The position numbers were made by a program, and so were the translations under genes. DNA of 59,656 bases from assembly GCA_018221305.1 (NCBI GenBank), contig JAAOYK010000055.1:1-59656 (forward strand). Direction: 5' to 3'. This DNA is from Candidatus Pacearchaeota archaeon (GTDB lineage Archaea; Nanobdellota; Nanobdellia; Pacearchaeales; GW2011-AR1). Numbering within the stretch: position 1 is the first letter of the stretch; every line of letters starts with the position of its first letter. Positions 18,584 to 27,355 of the stretch are shown here, one piece after another. Under the pieces are notes generated by a model. That model saw only the letters and a list, made by a program, of their open reading frames with translations. It did no database searches and was not told the origin of the DNA.

Positions 18584-18820
18584 TGTTAGTGTGTTACAAG
18601 CCCTAAAAAATTGTAAATGTAAGGCTTGTATTTAATGATAAAATTTATTCGGTTTGCTTGAAGCTATGACTAAAGAACCTTTTTTCTCTTTTCTACTTTT
18701 TATCGTCATAACCATTGTAATATTGCATGCCTCTTGTAGTTTTTAAATATTATTATAACTTCCAATATGTTTGAAGCATACTAACTTTAGGTTTAAAAAC
18801 CTTAAATTCTTTAATTTATC

Positions 18821-19483
18821 ATGAAAAAGAGAAAATCTATTAAAAAGAAGATTAAATTAAAACCACAAATAAAGCTTGCGATTTTTGATTTTGACGGAAC
18901 AATAGGTAATACTAAGGCAATTTATTATAAAGAGATAGGCGATGTCTTACATAAGTATGGCATTTCAAGACGCAAAACTGCTGCTGCTATTGATCTTGGA
19001 ATGAATTTAAAAAAAACCTTGGGAAAGTTTGGTTTTGGTTTTGTTAATGCCTGGTTTTTAGAAAAAAGTATAATGAAAAATGTTAAAAAAAATGCGAGTA
19101 ATATTAAAAAGTGCCACGATGTTGATTCAATAAAAAAAATAAAAACACGAAAAATTCTTGTAACTAACTCCCTGAAAAAATTTGTAAAACCAGTATTAAA
19201 ACATTTTAAGCTAAGAAAAGAATTCACAAGTGTATATGGTGTCGAAGATTTTTCTGATAAAGCAAAATTTATTAAAAAATATTTAGAAAAGCATAAAATT
19301 CTAGGTGATGAATGTATTTATGTTGGAGATCGTGTGGCTGACATTGATGTAGCTAAAGAAGCTGGTTGCTTGTCCGTAATTATTTCAGGCAAATGTGCCT
19401 GGGACTCAAAAACTCAACTTTTAAAAAATCATCCAAACCTCCTGCTTGAAAATATGAGTGATTTATTAGAAATTATTGATTAA
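18821..19483 (+). CDS. HAD-superfamily hydrolase
   Basis: Motif I is FDFDGTIGNT, and motif IV is VGDRVADIDVAKEAG. Confidence 0.75.
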   Translation: MKKRKSIKKKIKLKPQIKLAIFDFDGTIGNTKAIYYKEIGDVLHKYGISRRKTAAAIDLGMNLKKTLGKFGFGFVNAWFLEKSIMKNVKKNASNIKKCHDVDSIKKIKTRKILVTNSLKKFVKPVLKHFKLRKEFTSVYGVEDFSDKAKFIKKYLEKHKILGDECIYVGDRVADIDVAKEAGCLSVIISGKCAWDSKTQLLKNHPNLLLENMSDLLEIID

Positions 19484-20094
19484 TTAATTGGTTCAAATCC
19501 AATTTTTTCACTAATTTTTTGCATGGCTTTTATTGCAAGTTCTAAAAATTTGCTTAATTCTATGTCCGCTTTTTCAATGTCTGTTATTAAGTCTCGTCTA
19601 ACATTTGCTGCAAATGTTCGATCCTTCATTTTTTTCTTTAATCCTTTAATTGTCATATCTTGTAAACCTCCACGCATTAAAGCATATGCATAAATAAGTC
19701 CTGAAATATTGTCAGCAGCAGACAAACAATAATCAAAAGTATTTTCACGTTTTATCAATGTATTTTCTTCATTATGTGCCTGGATAGCATGCAAAATTTC
19801 TTGAGGAAAATTAAACTTTTTCAGTCTATGTGCCGTGAGCCTCCCATGGTCACGTTTAGCTTGCTCATTGGTCCAGTCAAGGCCTTCATAATCTAAATCA
19901 TGAAGTCGTCCTGCGATTGCCCATTCTTCTTCATTTTTCCCTAACTCTTTTGCTAGTTCTCTCATTATTACTTCAACTTCAATACAATGCATTTTAAGTT
20001 CAGGTTTTGTAACATGATCTTTAAACAGTTCGTCAGCTTTGTCAAAAAGCTTATGTATTTCTATTTTCTTGTAACTTACTCTCTCGTCTGTCAT
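19480..20094 (-). CDS. HD-domain phosphohydrolase
   Basis: An H...HD pattern (HCIEV...GRLHDLDY) with downstream His residues (HAIQAHNE). Confidence 0.7.
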   Translation of the reverse strand: MTDERVSYKKIEIHKLFDKADELFKDHVTKPELKMHCIEVEVIMRELAKELGKNEEEWAIAGRLHDLDYEGLDWTNEQAKRDHGRLTAHRLKKFNFPQEILHAIQAHNEENTLIKRENTFDYCLSAADNISGLIYAYALMRGGLQDMTIKGLKKKMKDRTFAANVRRDLITDIEKADIELSKFLELAIKAMQKISEKIGFEPIN

Positions 20095-20110
20095 TTTTTT
20101 GTTTTATCCT

Positions 20111-20155
20111 TTAAAATGATAGGCCTAAAAATCTTTGATTTTTTACGTCTGTCAT
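20111..20155. promoter_or_regulatory. promoter module with palindromic operator AAAAATC-TTT-GATTTTT (copy 1, upstream of HD gene)
   Basis: The core CCTAAAAATCTTTGATTTTTTA lies at 20124-20145, 30 nt upstream of the ATG at 20094. It is nearly identical to copy 2 at 20953-20973, and the flanks are also similar. Confidence 0.45.
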
Positions 20156-20156
20156 A

Positions 20157-20420
20157 CTATTTGCTCCTGATCCATAATTTCTTAAAAAAAGATAAGGTTA
20201 ATGTAGAAAGCACAAATGCTACTGCCGGAACAATTGAGTTAATAAATGGTTGTGGAAGTTTTGCAAAATAAAAAAAAATCACAATTACTACATAGGTGAG
20301 CAAAAAAATAAGAATTTTACGAATAAAACTGGTTTCCCATGCTTTATCAAGCTCTACACGTTTGTTTCTCTTCTTAATAATGCTAATTTCCTTTTCTAAT
20401 TTAGCTAATTTTATGGCCAT
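20157..20420 (-). CDS. small membrane protein (N-terminal helix + 2 TM)
   Basis: 87-aa ORF with two hydrophobic segments. No family was recognised. Confidence 0.4.
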   Translation of the reverse strand: MAIKLAKLEKEISIIKKRNKRVELDKAWETSFIRKILIFLLTYVVIVIFFYFAKLPQPFINSIVPAVAFVLSTLTLSFFKKLWIRSK

Positions 20421-20470
20421 CTACTTAAGTTATTATTATTATTTAATAAAACTATTCATTTATCAAAAAC

Positions 20471-20920
20471 TTACATTTCTACAAATTCGGTCTTAACTTG
20501 TTTTAGTGAAGTAATTGAGGTAGATTTTGCAAATTTAAACTTTTGAACATTATTTTTAACCCATTCATAATACTCATCAATATCTTTAGTTCTTAATTTA
20601 ACCAGAAGTTCATAATCTCCTGTGCATATATCTACGCTTTCTACGCTTTCATCTTTAGCTAGTTCTTTAGCTATTTTTTCAGGATTTCCATAATCTTCTC
20701 CACTTAAATTAATTAGTAAATACGTGCAATGGCCTTGCCCAATTTTTTTGTAATCAAAAACTGCCTTATATGCTTTGATTACACCTTCTTTTTCCATTCG
20801 TTTAATATTATAATGAAGTGTTGTGGAGGGCTCTTTAATCTTCTTAGCAATTCTTGCAATCTGTGGAACACAAAATCCTTGCTTAAACAAATTTACTAGT
20901 TTTAGACGTATATCTTTCAT
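20471..20920 (-). CDS. Lrp/AsnC-family transcriptional regulator
   Basis: N-terminal HTH (GFCVPQIARIAKKIKEPSTTLHYNIKRMEKEGVIK) plus a C-terminal RAM/AsnC_trans_reg-like domain. 149 aa. Confidence 0.8.
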   Translation of the reverse strand: MKDIRLKLVNLFKQGFCVPQIARIAKKIKEPSTTLHYNIKRMEKEGVIKAYKAVFDYKKIGQGHCTYLLINLSGEDYGNPEKIAKELAKDESVESVDICTGDYELLVKLRTKDIDEYYEWVKNNVQKFKFAKSTSITSLKQVKTEFVEM

Positions 20921-20939
20921 TTTTTGTAGTTCAGAGTAG

Positions 20940-20983
20940 TTAAATGAAAGATCCTAAAAATCTTGATTTTTTATATCTTTCAT
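20940..20983. promoter_or_regulatory. promoter module with palindromic operator AAAAATC-TT-GATTTTT (copy 2, upstream of Lrp gene)
   Basis: The core CCTAAAAATCTTGATTTTTTA lies at 20953-20973, 33 nt upstream of the Lrp ATG at 20920. The geometry matches copy 1. Confidence 0.45.
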
Positions 20984-21100
20984 AAATGGTATAATCTTCA
21001 ACTATTTATAAATATTTTGGTATATTTTCGAAGATTATTCGATTATTTATATTAAGATAAGTGATTTATTGATATTAACTAAACCTGGAGAAAAATAAAC

Positions 21101-22093
21101 ATGAAAACAGAAATAACCTGCGAATTAAGCAACTTAAGGAAAAAAATAGATAACATAGATGAAGGCTTGTTAAACCTTTTAGATAAAAGAATAAAAGCAG
21201 TTAGATCTATTGGAAATTTTAAAGAGAAAAATAACTTACCTATTATTGATAATTCACGAGAAACAAATGTACTGAACAAAACAGATAAAACAGTAAACCC
21301 AATTGCTATCAGAAGCATTTTTAAGAAAATAATTAAAGAATCAAGAAACATACAACACAATAAATCACTGAAAATTGGAATAATTGGTTTTGGCGCAATG
21401 ACCCAATTTATGGTTAGCTTTTTGAAACAAAAAGCAGAAATTTTTGTAAGTGATATTAAAGATAAATCTAAATTAGCAGAAAAATTAGGCGTAAAGTTTG
21501 TTTCAGTGCAAGAAGCTGCAAAAAAAGATATAGTAATTTTAGCTCCCCCTGTAAATCAGCTTAAGCAATGCATGTTAGAGATAAAAGATTTACTAAATCC
21601 TGGGGCTCTATTATTAGATGTTTGTTCTGTAAAAGTTAAGCCAATAAACATAATGTTAAAACTTGCTCCAAACAATGTTGAGATAATTGGGACTCATCCG
21701 CTATTTGGACCTCAGAGTGGAAAAAACACAATTAAAGGGTTGAAAATTGTTCTTTGTCCAGTAAGAACAACACGCTTAGATCAAATCAAAGAATTTTTGC
21801 AATCTTTTGACTTAGAAGTAATTATTTGTACTCCAGAAAAACATGATAAAGAAATGGCAAAAACTCAAAGCTTAGCCCATTTAATTGGTAAAGCACTTGT
21901 GAATCTTGATATTAATGAGGGAGAAATAACAACCCCAAGCTTTAGTCATCTTATAAATTTAAAAGAAAATTTAAAACAAGATCGCCCTGAACTTTTCAAT
22001 TGTATACAAAATGATAATCCCTTTGCAAAAAAGATTCGAAATAATTTTTTTAATGAATTAGATAAAATCAATAAACAAACAAAAAAGAGGTGA
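21101..22093 (+). CDS. tyrA: bifunctional chorismate mutase / prephenate dehydrogenase
   Basis: N-terminal AroQ chorismate mutase helix (LRKKIDNIDEGLLNLLDKRIKAVRSIG...DNSRE), then a Rossmann motif (KIGIIGFGAM) and the PDH core (VCSVK...GTHPLFGP). Confidence 0.8.
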   Translation: MKTEITCELSNLRKKIDNIDEGLLNLLDKRIKAVRSIGNFKEKNNLPIIDNSRETNVLNKTDKTVNPIAIRSIFKKIIKESRNIQHNKSLKIGIIGFGAMTQFMVSFLKQKAEIFVSDIKDKSKLAEKLGVKFVSVQEAAKKDIVILAPPVNQLKQCMLEIKDLLNPGALLLDVCSVKVKPINIMLKLAPNNVEIIGTHPLFGPQSGKNTIKGLKIVLCPVRTTRLDQIKEFLQSFDLEVIICTPEKHDKEMAKTQSLAHLIGKALVNLDINEGEITTPSFSHLINLKENLKQDRPELFNCIQNDNPFAKKIRNNFFNELDKINKQTKKR

Positions 22094-22095
22094 TC

Positions 22096-22809
22096 TTACT
22101 CTTTAACCTCAAAACTTGTTAATGCTTCTTGTTCCATAAAATGAAGCTCGCCAGGAACTACAAAACAAAAAGGTGATTTTACTTTTTGTTTTTTTAATTG
22201 ATCAAGTGTTCCGTAAAAAATTGTTGACTTTTTTGTACCTAATTTTCTGCATAAAACAATTTTGTCTAATTCAACATTTTTATCTTTTGCACATTTGTCT
22301 AATTGTTCAATAGCTTTATCTATTGGAAGACCAATATCAACCAAAAGCAAAGTATGCGCTTCAATACTTTTGTTTTGTTTAACATATTCCATAAAGTCTG
22401 GATTATATCCTTTGTCCCAAGTAGGCATACTACTTATTTTACCAAACTTGTATAACTGTAATCCTGTCTCACCGATTGCATCAAATACTGACGCTGCCTG
22501 AACAATTCTTGTTTTAACGTTTGCCTTTCTTGCGTCCATTAATAATGTAATATGTGTTGTTGCAAAAAGTGGTGCGCCATAAACCAAAAGTGCAACATTT
22601 TCTTGCTTAGCTTCATTGATTAGTTTGTCTGATTCAACATCTCCGCGAGCTAAATTAATAATACTTTCATCAATCCCGAGATCTGTTATGTCATAAGGAA
22701 AATCTACGGTATAATTTTCAAGATAAACTTTATCACACTTTTCAATAGACCTGACTGCGTCTAATGATAATCCATGTTCACTTAGTCCTAGGCCAATTAG
22801 GTATAACAT
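22096..22809 (-). CDS. dph5: diphthine synthase
   Basis: N-terminus MLYLIGLGL...KCDKVYLENYT is typical of the tetrapyrrole-methylase-fold Dph5. This is an archaeal/eukaryal-specific gene. Confidence 0.85.
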   Translation of the reverse strand: MLYLIGLGLSEHGLSLDAVRSIEKCDKVYLENYTVDFPYDITDLGIDESIINLARGDVESDKLINEAKQENVALLVYGAPLFATTHITLLMDARKANVKTRIVQAASVFDAIGETGLQLYKFGKISSMPTWDKGYNPDFMEYVKQNKSIEAHTLLLVDIGLPIDKAIEQLDKCAKDKNVELDKIVLCRKLGTKKSTIFYGTLDQLKKQKVKSPFCFVVPGELHFMEQEALTSFEVKE

Positions 22810-22855
22810 AAAAATAGCAAAAATTAATGGTTAATAAAGTTATCGAATATAAAAT

Positions 22856-23806
22856 TTAGCAACTAAAAGTAGGATCGTATGGGGCTGGTAAGTGATCATT
22901 ATCAATATGTAGGTCTGAGAACCTACAATCAAATGATGTTGGCATTCCGACATCTGTACTATTAAAATATCTATAATCAACTAAAGTTTTTGTTGTCACA
23001 GTAACTCCTAGGTCTGATAAATTCTCAGGATTTATTAAAGATTCAATCCCATAACCTCCAGGGTTTGCAGAAAGATCTCCTTGAAGACGCTGTAAAAAAC
23101 TTGGCGCGTCATTATGTGCTATGTAATACGAATTTTTCCAGTGTTTTTCAAATTCATTATCATCAGTAAAATCAGGATGAATTGTCTTCAAAATCTTGTT
23201 TGTAACTCTTCCTTCTGTTTCCATATAATATATTGGGTCTTCAAAATTTGTTACAGGGATATAAACATCAAGGTCTATGTCTCTATTCCATGAGGCAAGT
23301 CCTGCATTATCTTTTATTGCTATGTCAACTTGTAAATTAACTTTTACTTTCCATGGATCATCTTGGCTTATTGTAAACTCTGGCACAGAACTATTAGACA
23401 CGTTTGCATTAATTTTTGCACCTGTTTCACTCATCTGGGTCATGATGTCATTAAAAGTAACCCCTTCCATTAAATCTAACCCGCCTTCATAACTTCCGTT
23501 ATTCATTGTTCCGTTAAACATCATTTCAGAAAAATTTCCTGGAATGTCTGAAATGTATTCATTTTCTTCAACAATTCGTTTTTCAAACAAAAAGATTACT
23601 CGAAATCCTGAGATATACAATTCTCGCTCTAAATCTTCTTGCACAGAAAATACAAAATTGTTAAGTGTCTGTATTCTTTTATTTACTGGTTCTCTGTCTT
23701 TTGTAATCGAATAAAATCCGTACGATAAGACAAAAAGTGATAGCAGCAAAATTATAAGCATTGTAAAAAACATGCCTTTTTTATTTTTTATTATGTTAAA
23801 TATCAT
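22856..23806 (-). CDS. pilin-like/pilus-associated protein (class III-type N-terminus)
   Basis: KNKKG|MFFTMLIILLLSLFVLSYGF. This is the last gene of the 6-gene minus-strand pilin operon. Confidence 0.5.
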   Translation of the reverse strand: MIFNIIKNKKGMFFTMLIILLLSLFVLSYGFYSITKDREPVNKRIQTLNNFVFSVQEDLERELYISGFRVIFLFEKRIVEENEYISDIPGNFSEMMFNGTMNNGSYEGGLDLMEGVTFNDIMTQMSETGAKINANVSNSSVPEFTISQDDPWKVKVNLQVDIAIKDNAGLASWNRDIDLDVYIPVTNFEDPIYYMETEGRVTNKILKTIHPDFTDDNEFEKHWKNSYYIAHNDAPSFLQRLQGDLSANPGGYGIESLINPENLSDLGVTVTTKTLVDYRYFNSTDVGMPTSFDCRFSDLHIDNDHLPAPYDPTFSC

Positions 23807-23832
23807 TCTTTATCTTTTAGACCTTTTTAGGC

Positions 23833-26800
23833 TTAGTCCCATCTCCTTATTTGAACCTCTGTTGACCACTCATACGGTATCCCTTCAAGCCTTGTAGAGG
23901 ATATCTGAAAATTGTCTTGAGTAAACTTAACATCAACTAATCTGTCATCATTAAAATCTAATGAGTTTAATAGGTTAAATGCTGCAATTTTTAATGAATC
24001 GTTTGTTAACGGTGCAAGTGATGAATTACAATAACCATCTCCACATTCACTATGTTTTGCTCCTCCAAAATAACATTTTTCTCCAAGATTATACGAGTCG
24101 GGTATTGGTAGATCATTTTCAGTACTTCCGTCAAAAAATTCTATTGTCCAGTCGCATCCCTCTGCATCATTAGATATTGCAGAGTATGCTTCTAATTTTT
24201 TTATCAGTGTTACTAATATGCTGTTATCTATTGACCCTTCACTATTTTGGTTTGGCTCTAGACCAGTATTCATCCGAACAATGTTTATATTAGCATTTTT
24301 GTTAATCATTGATGTAGGAATGTTTACTGCATAAGGATCTCCTAATTTAAGAAAAAAGTTTTGATATTCTCCAAGATCATAAGCTGTTTCGTACGGATTA
24401 CCATTATCTCTAATAAATACTTCGTTAGTCCAAAACGGGCCTGAATATGATATAACTTTTGCATCCAAAATTTTAAAATCTTTAGGCACAGTAAAATTTC
24501 CATGACGCGTGTCATTAAATGGCCAGTTTTGAGTCACAACAAGTCCTGCATTTCTATCTCTTAGATAATCAAACTCAATGTATGAATCAGGATCTAAGTA
24601 TGAATAAAATTGTCCAACAATTTCTAATGTCTGTTTTCGATATGTTGCATTCATTATATCATTTGCTATTTGCGCATAAAGCGCTTCAAGACCTCCCACA
24701 TTTCCAATATAATCAATACCATTCCCGCAAGTTGGTTCAACCATTTGTTCGAGTGTAATCTTTGCGCTTGCAGGTGCATTAAACGCTACTGTATATACTT
24801 TGATCCCGTATTTTTGATATGCCCTGCATGCAGCTGCAACAGCATAATCCGCAGGAAAATTTATACCAGCGATATCTGGAACATATCCCATTTCAGCACA
24901 CGGTTGAGTCGCCGAACCATCAGTCATAACAACCATAAATTTATCTCTGCCTTCTGATTCACATGTAGAAGAGCATCCGTCCCCATTTATTATATTACCG
25001 TCGTCACATTCTTCAGTACTATTTTTATAATCATCTCCACAAGTTTCTGAAAAATAGCATGCATTAAATGTTCCTGCAGCAGTGCATGAATGATAACCTT
25101 CATTTTCTAAAGCATCATAACACGTAACTCTATCTCCGTCACAAACTTCTCCTACTTCTACAATACCGTTATCACCACCTGCTGACTGATCATAAAGACC
25201 GCTTATTTCTGCAGGTGTTAATGTTTTGTCATAAAGTCTTACTTCATCAATAAATCCTTCAAAAAAGTCTGTTGGTGTATAATCAAAATCATCATCATAA
25301 TCTTGCCCAATAGTAAAATTTGTGTCAGGGCTTACAACTGTAAATCCTGCAGGTCCATCTATATCTGAAGTCCTTCCAGTAAGGTTATGTGTATAAACAT
25401 CTACATCATCAATATACATTTTAATAAATCTTGCATCAAAATCATAAGTCATAACAATATGATGCCAATTAGAATCTCTTATTGAAATAGCAGTGTCATA
25501 ATATTTATTATCCGTCTTAAGGTTTAAGTTATTAGTAACATCTCTAATCATTGCTCTGATGTCGTAAAACTCATCACTATTTTCATCCCACATCTTTATA
25601 TGATCTTGATAAAATGCAAATAATGTATCTTTATCAGAACCTGCATCACTTTTTGCCCAAAGTGATACTGAAAAATCATTATTACTTATATCCCCATTTT
25701 TTGTTATATATTTTGTAAAAAAGTCTGCTACAATATAATCATCACCACTCATTTTTAATGAATTACCTTCAATAACGTCAACAAGATCCGCAGAATATTC
25801 TTCTGTTCCTTTAAAGATTCCATCATTTCCTAAAGGACCTTTATCATCTGTAGTATTATCATCAAAGTCATAATAAGCAACCAACCCTGTAGATTTTGGT
25901 TGTACAAATTCCCAAACAGCCCTGTTTACTCCAGAACAAATATTTGTTCTTCCAACATCTCTCCAAGGAGAAACTTCTGCTTTTAATGATGTCTTATCAT
26001 CTGATAATTCATGATATTCTGTGTTACTTACATAAGATCCATAACCATTAACTCCTACTCTATTATTTCCAATTGCAGGATTCGTATCATTTAACATTAC
26101 ATCAATCAATCTTTTTGTCGCTCTTATTGATTCTGACATCTTAGAATTATAATCAGTCGCACTTCCCATACTTCCTGATAAATCATTAACCGAAACAACG
26201 TCAATATCTGCTTCAACTTGTGTAATTAATGATGAAGCATTTTTTATGCCTAACCTTACTGGAACAGTTGTTCGCGAAATTTTAGAATAATTAATTTGTG
26301 CATCAAAAGCAGCATCTGTTATTTTTTTAGTTACAAGACCTACAGCTTTTGTAGTAATATCTGTTGTGTTCCCTAGTTCAAACGTTTTGTTACCAATTGC
26401 CAAAAATATGTCAAGACTACTATTAAACCTGATACTTGCGTTCATTTTGTTTATTTGTCCAGGGATATAAAATCCATCATAAACATTTAAAAATCCTTCA
26501 ATCCCAGGAAAATAATATTTTTTTGGTTGTTCATACTCGTCTAATGGGTCATAAATAATCTTTAGATATCCTCCAGCAATATGCAACTTTTCTGTAGCAC
26601 TATGCAGCTTCACATAATCAACAGATTTACCAAACTGATCTAACCTGTTGTTTGGAATAGTGCATGTGCTAGGTGTAAAGTCATTTACTGCTGCACTACA
26701 TGAAATCATTTTTCCAGGGTTCACTGGCGGGTTTATTGAAACTTTAAAATTATAAGGTATTGTGTGCACTATTTCTGCGCTTTGTATTGTACCATTAAAA

Positions 26801-27351
26801 TCTACTCTAAGAGTTAAATCACCTTCACCAACATAACCGCCAAAATAAAAATGTTTTGTTCTGTTAAGCGCGCTCAAAAATGCTCGCGCAGAATATCCAG
26901 TTATTCCTTTATCACTTATCCCACTAATAACATGACGTTCTACATCAATATTTTTTGCAGCTGCTAAAGAAAACGGCGTATTATTATTTTTTGCAGCAAC
27001 ACATTTATTGTCATACCAAATCCCAATTTTTTCTTTTGTCTTTAACTGATTTAATGTTATATTAGCAAGCTCTACTGCCTTTTCTCTGTCTCCTTGAGAA
27101 ATAAAAATTCCAATTTGTTCAATTATTGTTTTGGATCCATCAGTAACATCACCATCATTTATCCACTGAGTAACTGTTGCGTTATTAATTTCTCCAATTT
27201 TTAAAGTTGTTAAAACTCTTATCAAATCTCCTTGAATCTCAGACCTTTTCTGTGAAGATTTTACAATTGGGAACGCAACCGTTAAAACAATAATTATTAT
27301 TGATAATGCGATTAACGCATCCATACTAAAAAATGCACCTCTTTTTTTCAT
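23833..27351 (-). CDS. giant pilin-like adhesin: class III signal peptide + vWA domain interrupted by LamG(Laminin_G_3)-like and Cys-rich-repeat modules
   Basis: The N-terminus is MKKRG|AFFSMDALIALSIIIIVLTVAF. The MIDAS motif is DLSGS (aa 390-394), with VVMTDGSA at aa 807-814. The LamG_3 signature is FSVSLWAKSD...NWHHIVMTYD...FEGFIDEVRLYDKTLTPAEISGLY. The Cys repeat is ETCGDDYKNSTEECDDGNIINGDGCSSTC. It is collinear with the paralog at 27356..29818 apart from a ~320-aa insertion. Confidence 0.8.
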   Translation of the reverse strand: MKKRGAFFSMDALIALSIIIIVLTVAFPIVKSSQKRSEIQGDLIRVLTTLKIGEINNATVTQWINDGDVTDGSKTIIEQIGIFISQGDREKAVELANITLNQLKTKEKIGIWYDNKCVAAKNNNTPFSLAAAKNIDVERHVISGISDKGITGYSARAFLSALNRTKHFYFGGYVGEGDLTLRVDFNGTIQSAEIVHTIPYNFKVSINPPVNPGKMISCSAAVNDFTPSTCTIPNNRLDQFGKSVDYVKLHSATEKLHIAGGYLKIIYDPLDEYEQPKKYYFPGIEGFLNVYDGFYIPGQINKMNASIRFNSSLDIFLAIGNKTFELGNTTDITTKAVGLVTKKITDAAFDAQINYSKISRTTVPVRLGIKNASSLITQVEADIDVVSVNDLSGSMGSATDYNSKMSESIRATKRLIDVMLNDTNPAIGNNRVGVNGYGSYVSNTEYHELSDDKTSLKAEVSPWRDVGRTNICSGVNRAVWEFVQPKSTGLVAYYDFDDNTTDDKGPLGNDGIFKGTEEYSADLVDVIEGNSLKMSGDDYIVADFFTKYITKNGDISNNDFSVSLWAKSDAGSDKDTLFAFYQDHIKMWDENSDEFYDIRAMIRDVTNNLNLKTDNKYYDTAISIRDSNWHHIVMTYDFDARFIKMYIDDVDVYTHNLTGRTSDIDGPAGFTVVSPDTNFTIGQDYDDDFDYTPTDFFEGFIDEVRLYDKTLTPAEISGLYDQSAGGDNGIVEVGEVCDGDRVTCYDALENEGYHSCTAAGTFNACYFSETCGDDYKNSTEECDDGNIINGDGCSSTCESEGRDKFMVVMTDGSATQPCAEMGYVPDIAGINFPADYAVAAACRAYQKYGIKVYTVAFNAPASAKITLEQMVEPTCGNGIDYIGNVGGLEALYAQIANDIMNATYRKQTLEIVGQFYSYLDPDSYIEFDYLRDRNAGLVVTQNWPFNDTRHGNFTVPKDFKILDAKVISYSGPFWTNEVFIRDNGNPYETAYDLGEYQNFFLKLGDPYAVNIPTSMINKNANINIVRMNTGLEPNQNSEGSIDNSILVTLIKKLEAYSAISNDAEGCDWTIEFFDGSTENDLPIPDSYNLGEKCYFGGAKHSECGDGYCNSSLAPLTNDSLKIAAFNLLNSLDFNDDRLVDVKFTQDNFQISSTRLEGIPYEWSTEVQIRRWD

Positions 27352-27355
27352 TTGT

